Of a DNA stretch of 44,380 bases, positions 9,926 through 18,966 are shown in pieces. The stretch lies in the IMG/VR virus record IMGVR_UViG_3300027419_000008, positions 1 through 44,380 of that record. One strand, 5' to 3'. Below the pieces are notes generated by a model. That model saw nothing but the letters and a program-made list of their open reading frames with translations, had not been told where the DNA came from and searched no databases. Origin of the DNA: a virus (lineage: Duplodnaviria; Caudoviricetes). Positions within the stretch are counted from its first letter, which is position 1. Every line of letters begins with the position of its first letter. A program made the translations under genes and the position numbers.

Positions 9926-10093
9926 ATGAATGTAAAAAATATGGTTATATGCCCTGATAATATTTGTTTGGAACGAAGTTATTGCCAACACGCAAGATGA
10001 CATAAATTCCAGAAGTTGAATAGTGATTGCGTGTGTCCAATTAATAACAAAGGACAATGCAAACCAAAGGAGCGGAAAAATGATAGACATTAA
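9926..10093 (+). pseudogene. Cys-rich mini-protein interrupted by an in-frame TGA (9998-10000)
   Basis: MNVKNMVICPDNICLERSYCQHAR*HKFQKLNSDCVCP...C. Resembles the intact mini-ORF starting at 13077 (MICPKRNQCDIRDCGIAQPH...CPDC). Confidence 0.45.
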
Positions 10094-10580
10094 GCCAGAA
10101 GAACAGGGAATATTAGATTACTGGAACGAACAGTCTAAAATAGGCGGATACAAACCGCATAGAAGTTTGCTCGCAGACGCTCACAAGACCATAAAACAAA
10201 TAATCAAAGAGGGATATACTTATGAGCAGATAAAAAGTGCAATCAAAAATTACACTTTTGTTATTTCAGACGATAGATTTTATTTTAAATGGAATAAATG
10301 GACACTGAAAGAATTTTTAAGTCGAGGCGCAAAGGACGACAAGGGCGCAAGATGGTTATGGTTTATCGATGATTATTTTAATGAAGAAAAATGGTTGACA
10401 AAAGAAGAAAAGAATCGTATAATAATGGAACGTGAGAACAGGAACAGACGTGAAAAAATGAATAATTCAAAACCTATAAATATGCCACCTAATTTAACAC
10501 AAAAGATACTAAAAAAAGATGAGACACCAGTTAGAAATTTTCAGGCAATGAAACTTGCTTTATTAAGGAGTGAAAAATAA
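10080..10580 (+). CDS. Putative replication protein (phage replisome-organiser C-terminal-like domain)
   Basis: ILDYWN...IKEGYTYEQIKSAIKNY...W.L..FL pattern. No N-terminal HTH seen. Confidence 0.45.
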   Translation: MIDIKPEEQGILDYWNEQSKIGGYKPHRSLLADAHKTIKQIIKEGYTYEQIKSAIKNYTFVISDDRFYFKWNKWTLKEFLSRGAKDDKGARWLWFIDDYFNEEKWLTKEEKNRIIMERENRNRREKMNNSKPINMPPNLTQKILKKDETPVRNFQAMKLALLRSEK

Positions 10581-10818
10581 TGAAAGAAAACACAGATTTA
10601 CGGAAGGCTTTAAAATGAAACGTAAAAACTATTACAAATTATTTACTGATTACTGCAAAAAGAATGATATATGGTTTTCGGTGTACCCTGACGGTCTTAT
10701 TGATACTTGCACTGAGACTAATTATCATTGCGATTTTAGTTGTATTGGCATTTTTGGCACTAAAGAATGTTACGAAGACCTGATTAAACAGCATAAGAAA
10801 GAAGTTAAGGATTAACCC

Positions 10819-11088
10819 ATTAAAAAGTACATAAAAATATTTATGGATTTTTGGAAGTATTGTGCAAGCAATGTAATCTTCTGTTGGATTAGGGAAGAAG
10901 GTTGCGAAAACATTGCAGTTGACATACATCATATTGACGGCAGGACTGGAAGTAAAAGAAATGATATTTTTAACTTAATTTCTACTTGCCGTAATTGCCA
11001 TAACAAGGCTCACGCAAATAAAGTTAAAAAAGAAGTGCTTTTTGAGATAGTTAAGAAAAGGATTGAACAATATGAGAAAAAAACCTAA
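10819..11088 (+). CDS. HNH endonuclease
   Basis: C..C...AVDIHHI.GR....NLISTCRNCH..AH. The start may be ATT at 10819 or ATG at 10843. Confidence 0.8.
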   Translation: MKKYIKIFMDFWKYCASNVIFCWIREEGCENIAVDIHHIDGRTGSKRNDIFNLISTCRNCHNKAHANKVKKEVLFEIVKKRIEQYEKKT

Positions 11089-11386
11089 TACACCTCGCAG
11101 CAGGGTCAGGAACGCAATACGTCAGCTTTGGCTTCATTCGAGAGAGCGAGCCGTAGCATTGAAGGCTTCCGGCTATAAATGTGTAATGTGTGGCGTTAAG
11201 CAAAGCACGGCTAAAGGCAGAGAAGTAAAACTTGAAGTTCATCACGAGCCGCCGATTGACGATAAATGGGAAGCGATTATTGACTTAATTTTTAGAGATA
11301 TTCTTAACGCTCCGCAGTTTCCGTTATGTAAAAATAAATGTCATAAAAAAGTACACGAAGCAAAGAAACAAAAAGGTATAATTTAA
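11072..11386 (+). CDS. HNH-like zinc-binding nuclease
   Basis: YKCVMCG...LEVHH...LCKNKCHKKVH. Confidence 0.7.
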   Translation: MRKKPNTPRSRVRNAIRQLWLHSRERAVALKASGYKCVMCGVKQSTAKGREVKLEVHHEPPIDDKWEAIIDLIFRDILNAPQFPLCKNKCHKKVHEAKKQKGII

Positions 11387-12334
11387 GAAAGGGTAAAAAA
11401 TGAGTAAAGAACAACAATTATTTTTAGTGTTTTATGTTTTGATTTGGACGGTAGCAAATTTGGTTTTTATGTTACGGTTAATATTCTTGAGCCAAAGACT
11501 TGATAAAGAAGTGAGCAGGGAACACGAATACAAAAGTAATGTGTCAATAAAAATAGAAAATCTGCAAAAATCACTGACCGCTTTACATCAACGGACGCAC
11601 AGTAATTACACTGAATGCCGTTTAAATAAATTAAAATTAGAAGACCTTCAAAAGTATCTCGGCGTGGAATACGTTACTACGCCAACTAAAACAGAACTGA
11701 AAAAGATTAAGAAAGGATAAAAAATGACAGCGTTTGAAGTAGAATTAAATAATTTATTAAATAAAAACTCTAAAGAGAACGGCTCTGATACGCCAGATTT
11801 TATTTTGGGTAAATATTTGATTGATTGCTTAAAAGCGTTTAATCATGCGGTCAAGCGAAGAACCGATTGGTATGGCGGTAAAAAAGATAACAATAAAGTG
11901 GAATGTGATGGATGCGACAATCCAAGTTGGTAATTTGAATGATTAAAAACGGCAAAAGAAAACGTAATTTCTGGATAATCTTTATACTTGTAGTATTATG
12001 GATTATTCTGCAATACTATTTGAAAGGAAGTGATTTATGAACGAAAATGTACCACAACAACAAACAGAATACAGTAAGGCAGTAGATGCTGCAATGCGGG
12101 CAATGGAAAATTTATCAGGCACTACCATTAATCTTTTGGAAAGATTAAAAATAATTATTCCGCCCGCAATTCCCACTGATAATGCTAACAAAACCACAGA
12201 CTTAAAAACAGCAACTCCTTGTTCTTTGGTAGTTGCTCATTTGCGGGACATTACCCAAATAACTAATCAGATTATCTACAATATAAAAGAAGTTTTAAAT
12301 AGAATGGAAATTTAATAGAAAGGAAAAGTGATTT

Positions 12335-12631
12335 ATGGCAAAAGTAATATTGATTATGGCGACTATTGGAATGATATTTTTAGCAGGTTGTTTAACTACT
12401 GGATATGAGCATAAGATTTATGATTATAATGGCAAACTCAAAGAAGTAGTTCGTCTGGACTATGATAAAGCTATGGCTACAAGTACAATTACGGACTGTA
12501 ATCTGGTCTTGTCTGACGGTGCAAGGCTGTCATTTAAAAAATCAGCGTTCATCTATGACGGTAATGATTTTATTAAACTCGGCCAAGGTATAAGTGCAAG
12601 CGGGATACCTACGTTGTTTATACCGAAATAA
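12335..12631 (+). CDS. Lipoprotein
   Basis: MAKVILIMATIGMIFLAG|C lipobox. Confidence 0.75.
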   Translation: MAKVILIMATIGMIFLAGCLTTGYEHKIYDYNGKLKEVVRLDYDKAMATSTITDCNLVLSDGARLSFKKSAFIYDGNDFIKLGQGISASGIPTLFIPK

Positions 12632-13403
12632 AACATTTTTTCATTTTGCTCCGGCGGCAGGTTGTGTGATGCCGACTTGCCGCCATTTATTAAGGAACGA
12701 TTTATGCCGTCAATAGATATAACAAAGTGTTGCAATAATGAGTGTCTTAAACGATATGAATGTTTGCGTTATACTTCACCTGTAAATACTAATGGTCAGT
12801 CGTGGGGTATGTGGAAATATGACGAGAAAACTGACAAATGTTTTGGTTTTATTAAGGAATGATTTATGCAAGAATCAAACGGAGCATTAAGAATGCTTAA
12901 CAAAGAAGAAGCGGCCAGCCTTACGCCAATTAACACTTTTAAAACTGTTCATATTGGTCAAATATTTAAAATACAACATTGCTATTTCAAAATTACAGAT
13001 TTATCTGCAGACGGAATTGTAGCAAGCGGTATTTCTCGCAAAGAATATTTTGATTCTAAACGATAAGGAATAAGTTATGGCAAAGAAAAAGTTAATGATA
13101 TGCCCAAAGAGAAATCAGTGTGATATTAGAGATTGCGGAATCGCACAACCACACCTAAAGCAAGCTGGGTGCTTCAATGAAATTAAAATGAATTATTGTC
13201 CAGATTGCGTCCCATACAAACCAAAGAAAAGGAGTAAAAAATGAAAGTAGAAGTTAGGAACAAAGTACTATACTTATTACCTGAATCTTATAACGAATTG
13301 ATAACGGCGGAATGGATTGTTATACAAATAAAATCTCTTGGAACACCAAATGGCGTTATGAGTATTATGAGTCCAGTCTATCCGCCAAAAAAGGAGGAAT
13401 AAA

Positions 13404-14042
13404 ATGACATACTCACAAATTAGACCGTTATTAGATACGTTTGACATTGTACTATTTCAAGGCGCAGGCTTTGTATCGTGGCTAATTGGACTGTTTTGTA
13501 ATAAATGGTCGCACGTTGGGCTGATTGCAAAATGTGAACAAAGACAACTTGAAAAACTTCGCACTGATAAAGATGTTATGTGGAAAATTAAATGGCGAAC
13601 AATGTGGACTTATGAATTACGCAACGACGGTACGCTTATGCTCTTTGAATCTGCCATAATAGACGGAGTCAATGGCGTACAGTTGACTTTATTGTCAGAT
13701 AGAATTAAAAACTATAAAGGCAAAGTATTTATCCGTGCCTTTATACACGAACGAACAGAAGCGGAACTGAAAAAGTTTAATGATTTTATAAGTAAAACCC
13801 TAAAAACTCCTTACGAAAAACACGTTTTAGAGCTATTGGGAATGGCTATTAAAATTGGCAAGAAACAGGAGGACACGACAGATTTTGCCTGTTCCGAGCT
13901 TGATACAGAGGCGTTTCAGGAATTAGGCTTTCTGCCGCAAGAACCACCCTCAAATAAATATTCACCTGCTGATTTTGCCAATGGTATGGTATCTAAAAAT
14001 TTAAAAGTCGGAACATTAGGCGATGTAATTAGAATTAAATAA
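13404..14042 (+). CDS. Permuted papain-like NlpC/P60 (YiiX/YaeF, peptidase C92-like) enzyme
   Basis: DIVLF.G, WSHVG (His) preceding PY...FACSEL (Cys), and SPADF. Confidence 0.85.
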   Translation: MTYSQIRPLLDTFDIVLFQGAGFVSWLIGLFCNKWSHVGLIAKCEQRQLEKLRTDKDVMWKIKWRTMWTYELRNDGTLMLFESAIIDGVNGVQLTLLSDRIKNYKGKVFIRAFIHERTEAELKKFNDFISKTLKTPYEKHVLELLGMAIKIGKKQEDTTDFACSELDTEAFQELGFLPQEPPSNKYSPADFANGMVSKNLKVGTLGDVIRIK

Positions 14043-14512
14043 GGAACATAATGATAGCCATAGTTAATATTTTAGACAGCAGAGGCAATGTTATGACGGC
14101 TCAAATGGCTCTTGAACTCGGCCTGGGCACAGAAGAAGAATGTAAGGCAAGAATACCAAAAGAAAATACGTTCTATTGTTGGAATCGTGATTATGAAGGT
14201 AAAGATTTGTTAGTAAAGGTGATATGAAAACTAAAAATAGAGATAGAGTTATTTTATGTGAAAAATGTGGTAAAGTGCATATCGGTTACAAATGCAAAAC
14301 AAGAAGGCCTTTAGATAGAAACACAGAATTAGTAACAAATATTCATATATCTTACAAGATTAGAAAAATATTACGGACTTATTTTAAAAATATAGAACCT
14401 AAAAATTATGTAGGTATTGAAAGGGATACTGATTTAGCCATAGCTACATTAAAAGAAATTTATGATGTATTATTCAGAGAATATGAGGCAAAAATTTAAA
14501 CGCAAAGGTAAT

Positions 14513-14860
14513 ATGAAAACTACAAAAAAAGACTTCAATAAGTTCAAGAAATCATTTTTGTATTGGGCAGAGAAATTTATGTGTCCTTACAAAGTGTACT
14601 TCTTTCACGAAAAATTAGATGATGTTTTTGCGAATATATGCGTGGATGAAATAAATAAGGTTGCAACGGTAAGGTTTAATTCAGAATTACGCAAACCTGA
14701 TTTTGAAGTAGCTGATTCGCCAGAAGAAACAGGCAAACACGAAGCCATACATTTATTTTTAAATCGCGTAATTTGGTTAGTTGACCAACGCTGTATAGCC
14801 AAATGGGATAGCAGTGAAGAATGGGAACGTTTAGTCAGAATTTTAGAAAAAGTAATTTAA
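14513..14860 (+). CDS. HExxH zincin-like metallopeptidase domain protein
   Basis: KHEAIHL followed by a downstream EE. Confidence 0.55.
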   Translation: MKTTKKDFNKFKKSFLYWAEKFMCPYKVYFFHEKLDDVFANICVDEINKVATVRFNSELRKPDFEVADSPEETGKHEAIHLFLNRVIWLVDQRCIAKWDSSEEWERLVRILEKVI

Positions 14861-15024
14861 ACCGGCACTGCCTGTCAGGGACGGAAGGCAAGTATATAAA
14901 TGTGTTACCTTTTATGAAAGGCTTTTCCTATGAAAACTATTCAAATACGGAAGTCAGTTATTAGTTAGTTCACGTTAATAGTAAAGCCTTCAACGATTGG
15001 GTATGGATACCCACAGTGCCGGTT
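14860..15024 (+). ncRNA. Candidate multi-stem structured intergenic RNA
   Basis: 11-bp closing stem AACCGGCACTG/CAGTGCCGGTT. Internal stems TGAAAGGCTTT/AAAGCCTTCA and TGGGTA/TACCCA. Confidence 0.45.
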
Positions 15025-15423
15025 GTTTTATATTAAAGAAAGGGAAAATTATGGAAAAATTCAAAGAATTACCAATGATAGAAAAAGGAAAGTTGCACAT
15101 TGGTTGTTGCCTTAACTGCTCAACTGCCTCATACGAACTTGATATGAATAGGATATTGGCCGTTGGTTTTGGCGAAACAGAAGCAACAAAAGACCATATA
15201 GTCGTTTATTCTGAAACTAAATTCAACAGCGAAAATCCAGACGCAAAAGATAACGACTTTCTTACGGCTCAATACATCGAGGATATGGCTGTAAAAGACC
15301 CTGAACACGATTGGAGAGTCAGATTTTATGGCCCGCTTCACGGTGAAACCTACCAAAGGCATAGAGACGGTAAATGGGTATGTATAAAATCTAATAAAGG
15401 ATTTGCATAGAAAAGGATTATAT

Positions 15424-15855
15424 ATGAAAACAAATACTCCTAAAATTACAACTAAAATACTACTAACCATTTCGTTGATGTCAACGATATGCTTCGGCCT
15501 GACAATACAGGATAATCAAGTTATTAATATTACCGGCCGAATGAGCATTGGAAACCTTATTTGTCTTGATAATTCCATTGCTTATGTCTCAAACCTTACA
15601 GGATACCAACAAATATTGAGTATTTTGGCAAAAGACAACTCGCAGGTATTATTTGACGTTCCAGTCCTAAAATTTTCTTATCAGGATGGGCTGTATGGGG
15701 CTGGCTTCGCCGAGGGCATATGTTTCAATGGGCAAGAGTTTTATTGCGATGTAGTCGATTCTACGTCATTCAGCCATATTCGGCAAATACCAGAGCCAAT
15801 AGGTTTAATATTATTAGCCTTTAGTGCAGTATTTTATAAAAAATCAATGATTTAA
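15424..15855 (+). CDS. PEP-CTERM sorting-domain protein with signal peptide
   Basis: N-terminal K-rich plus hydrophobic segment ending ICFG. C-terminal IPEP + hydrophobic helix + KK. Confidence 0.8.
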   Translation: MKTNTPKITTKILLTISLMSTICFGLTIQDNQVINITGRMSIGNLICLDNSIAYVSNLTGYQQILSILAKDNSQVLFDVPVLKFSYQDGLYGAGFAEGICFNGQEFYCDVVDSTSFSHIRQIPEPIGLILLAFSAVFYKKSMI

Positions 15856-17673
15856 CATAGGCTTATTTTCTGTTGGTCTGTAAGCGCCCATATAACTATT
15901 TGAGCCTACCCTTAAATGTGCATTCGTTGGTCTTAAATTAGTACTTGATATAAATGCCGGGCTTTCTACGATTGAGTGAGAGTCGTTGTCGTAAAAACTT
16001 CTTGAGAATGTCAACCATTTAGCTTGTACCGCTGCAAGAGTCGCCTGCACAGTACTATCAAGATTCATTATCGATGTCGCTCCGGAAACATAGCAATTAT
16101 AGTTTGAGTATGTCTGGCCGGAACGTGGATTGAAGTCGAACGTAAACGTGTTTTGGCCTGACCCTGCGTCAAAGATGTTTTTTGTAACAGTACAATTTTC
16201 CGCCCATTTCACTAATCGTATATAATTCTCGGCATTAGTTGGGGTAGCAGCAACTTCGCTTCTATCCCGCCAATAATCAACTGTAACAGTATCCGTGTCA
16301 TTATCGACAGCCGTAACTATACCATAATAATCAGGGTCAGGGCTTCCGGCAGTTGGGTCATAAACGATTGCAAAGTAATCGCCGTTCGTCAATCCGTCCG
16401 TATCGGCGGCTATAACAGACAAGTCCCATGCCGCACTTGAAATGCCGGTATTAGCAGTAAAAGTAGCATTTGCTTTTGCGACTTCCGTGCTTTGGTTACT
16501 TCTTGCCAACATCAGACATTTTCCGTCTGTGCTTGCACCACGATTGGCAGCTATAAAAGTGTTATTTTTTATAAGCAGCCCCCTCGCTCCGTAGTTGGCA
16601 AATACTACGTAGCCACTTGCTATATTATATTCATAAGTTCCGTTTTTCCCGTTTTGGATATTAAAATCAATACCCCAACCTGTCAAAGTGTTATTGGTAA
16701 CAATAGTATTGTACACTTTGTCCGTAAATCCTATGCCTACGGACGAGGTACTTGTTGTATTATCAGAAGTAATAATATTATCATCGATTAACACGTTATA
16801 TATCGAATACACATCGCTATAAACAAGATATATTGCAGTCGCCGCTTGATTGGTAGTGGTATGGTGGAAAGTATTACCTTTAACGACTACGCCTTCACGT
16901 ACAACTACACCAGATAATTGGAATCCGATTGAAGTCCCAGAAGCGTTAGCAAAAGTGATAGTATTATTCAACAACGTTATTTGGTCGCATTCTCCACCTG
17001 CATATACCGAAATTGTACCAGTTGTGCCAGCATTAGAGTTTGTTATCGCGCAACCGCTAAACAGTATATGCCCGCCTCGAAACGAAAATGGAACAGTTGA
17101 TTGAGCTGCTTGTGCCGTAAATGTACAATTAATAAATTTAGCGTCTCGCAGTAAATCTTTTGTAGCCCTGTTGTGCGTGGCTGTATATACCCATCCATCG
17201 GCGGCTACTGTAAATGTGCAACCATCAAAAACAACATTACCACTCGCACTGGTATTATATAATTGAACTATCGACCCCGCAGATTTAGAATCAACGAAAA
17301 CTATATCGTTAAAAGTACAAGTCTTATCCGACCTGTCAACTTCGTAGTACCTAAACCATCCGCCTGCCGTTGCTGTTGCTCGTGTTAGTGTTACTGTTGT
17401 GCCTGCAACATAAGGTTCAACGGTAAATGAATAATCTGGAATGGTAACCGTCCAAGCACTGCCCTGACTGGTATCATCGTAAGTACCGGCCATAAGCTTA
17501 ATAATATCGCCATCGGCGGAAACATGCGAATCAATAGCGTGTTTAAGTGTTTTGAGCGGAGCTGCTTCCGAACCGGCGGCAGCGTCATTACCACTATCAG
17601 GATTGACATACCACGTTGTCGCACCAAAACACCAACTCGCCATTAACATTACTAAAATTAAAATCTTTTTCAT
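15844..17673 (-). CDS. Right-handed beta-helix (pectin-lyase-like) protein with signal peptide; tailspike/depolymerase-like
   Basis: MKKILILVMLMASWCFG|ATT, then WYVNPDSGND...PLKTL..AI...GD.I.L.AGTY (DUF1565-like start) and repeated NNTI/NCTF strands. A second in-frame start lies at 17772. Confidence 0.8.
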   Translation of the reverse strand: MKKILILVMLMASWCFGATTWYVNPDSGNDAAAGSEAAPLKTLKHAIDSHVSADGDIIKLMAGTYDDTSQGSAWTVTIPDYSFTVEPYVAGTTVTLTRATATAGGWFRYYEVDRSDKTCTFNDIVFVDSKSAGSIVQLYNTSASGNVVFDGCTFTVAADGWVYTATHNRATKDLLRDAKFINCTFTAQAAQSTVPFSFRGGHILFSGCAITNSNAGTTGTISVYAGGECDQITLLNNTITFANASGTSIGFQLSGVVVREGVVVKGNTFHHTTTNQAATAIYLVYSDVYSIYNVLIDDNIITSDNTTSTSSVGIGFTDKVYNTIVTNNTLTGWGIDFNIQNGKNGTYEYNIASGYVVFANYGARGLLIKNNTFIAANRGASTDGKCLMLARSNQSTEVAKANATFTANTGISSAAWDLSVIAADTDGLTNGDYFAIVYDPTAGSPDPDYYGIVTAVDNDTDTVTVDYWRDRSEVAATPTNAENYIRLVKWAENCTVTKNIFDAGSGQNTFTFDFNPRSGQTYSNYNCYVSGATSIMNLDSTVQATLAAVQAKWLTFSRSFYDNDSHSIVESPAFISSTNLRPTNAHLRVGSNSYMGAYRPTENKPMLNH

Positions 17674-17780
17674 TGTAAATCCTTTATTAAAAATATAACC
17701 ACAGAAGTTGCATACGTCTAAACTTCTTAATACTCTGTTATGACAATTCGGACATTCTTTAAACCAGTCCATATAAGTCC

Positions 17781-18503
17781 TCAATCCTTTCCTAAATAGT
17801 TGCAGGTTATGACAATTGACGGTATTGCTGGTCTTGTTGGGTCAGTACCTGCGGCAATAGCGTCCCATTTACACAAGACGTCATCGCCCCAAGTCCAAAA
17901 TTCAAAATAATTACCGACAACAAAATGCTCTATGAAACTACAAGCAATAACTGTGTTAGTTCCAATACCCTTAAACGTATATTGAGTATTACTATTATCA
18001 ACATAGGCGGCATTCTTCTTTAACCAAAATTGGATAACTTTGCCAGTAACTCCAACGGCCATACCGCTAAATGTTATAAGATAAGAGCCCTCTTTGGCTA
18101 TCGTAAACCTTGACGTTGATGTTTTAGTAATACCGTTATGATGGACATCTGTATTAAAAGTTATAACTTGTGCTAATGTTACATTTACTATTGCTTGGTC
18201 TGTTGTATCAGACTGCATAAGATGTGGAATTACTATTCCGGCAGTACCATTAAAAGTAATCGTGCCGTCCACGCCAAAAGAAGTGTAATTAGTAGCACCG
18301 CCAATTGCCGCTGTTTCAGCATTTAATACATCACATAGAATATCATAAGCACCAATATCTATATTGCCAGTTACACTTGAAGCGTTAGTTCCGTCAAGTC
18401 TCAAATATAATCCATTATATACCGATAGCGGCCTTATGCCGCCCGCTAAATTGGCATAAGCATTTACGCTTATCATCAATAATATTATGAATATTTTTTT
18501 CAT
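17781..18503 (-). CDS. Tail-fibre-like protein with C1q/BclA-C-like head and signal peptide
   Basis: MKKIFIILLMISVNAYA|, the YLRLDG fibre motif, and ITFNT...SRFTI.KEGSYLITFS jelly-roll. Confidence 0.65.
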   Translation of the reverse strand: MKKIFIILLMISVNAYANLAGGIRPLSVYNGLYLRLDGTNASSVTGNIDIGAYDILCDVLNAETAAIGGATNYTSFGVDGTITFNGTAGIVIPHLMQSDTTDQAIVNVTLAQVITFNTDVHHNGITKTSTSRFTIAKEGSYLITFSGMAVGVTGKVIQFWLKKNAAYVDNSNTQYTFKGIGTNTVIACSFIEHFVVGNYFEFWTWGDDVLCKWDAIAAGTDPTRPAIPSIVITCNYLGKD

Positions 18504-18570
18504 ATACTACCTCAAAATCAGGCCGCCCGCCGATTAAAACGAACGGCCTTTGGAGGAAAAGAAGGAAGAA

Positions 18571-18957
18571 TTAATTAACGACAATTTTATTTTCACTATC
18601 CACTTTAGTCTGCGGAGGCATAACAAATTTTTCAAGTATGTTTTCAATCTTTTCTACTTTTTTAGCAGTATCGCTTCCGCTTAGATTAGACGGCACGGAC
18701 GTAAATAGCCAAATAAGGGCAAGTATTATCGCTGCTATTGTGCGCCAATCCCTAATTGTATCAGTAAATGCAGGTCTACTTTTAGCCTGACATAGGACGT
18801 AGTGAGTCTGTATCTTTTCGTCAGTTTTAGAGTCCATTTTCTCTATGACGGTTTCAAACCCTTTTGTAATTGCCTGTTCCATTTTAAGAACAGCGTTTGC
18901 AATTTTCAAATCTGTCAATTCGTCTTTTGCCGTTTCTTTATTATCTGTGTCGCTCAT
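18571..18957 (-). CDS. Single-TM coiled-coil membrane protein (holin-like position)
   Basis: Coiled coil followed by TM TIAAIILALIWLF, at the end of the structural operon. Confidence 0.4.
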   Translation of the reverse strand: MSDTDNKETAKDELTDLKIANAVLKMEQAITKGFETVIEKMDSKTDEKIQTHYVLCQAKSRPAFTDTIRDWRTIAAIILALIWLFTSVPSNLSGSDTAKKVEKIENILEKFVMPPQTKVDSENKIVVN

Positions 18958-18966
18958 TGGTTTTCC

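Noticed and set aside
1902-15470. Minus-strand ORFs within the early arm
   Set aside because: They are shadows of densely packed + strand genes with SD sites.
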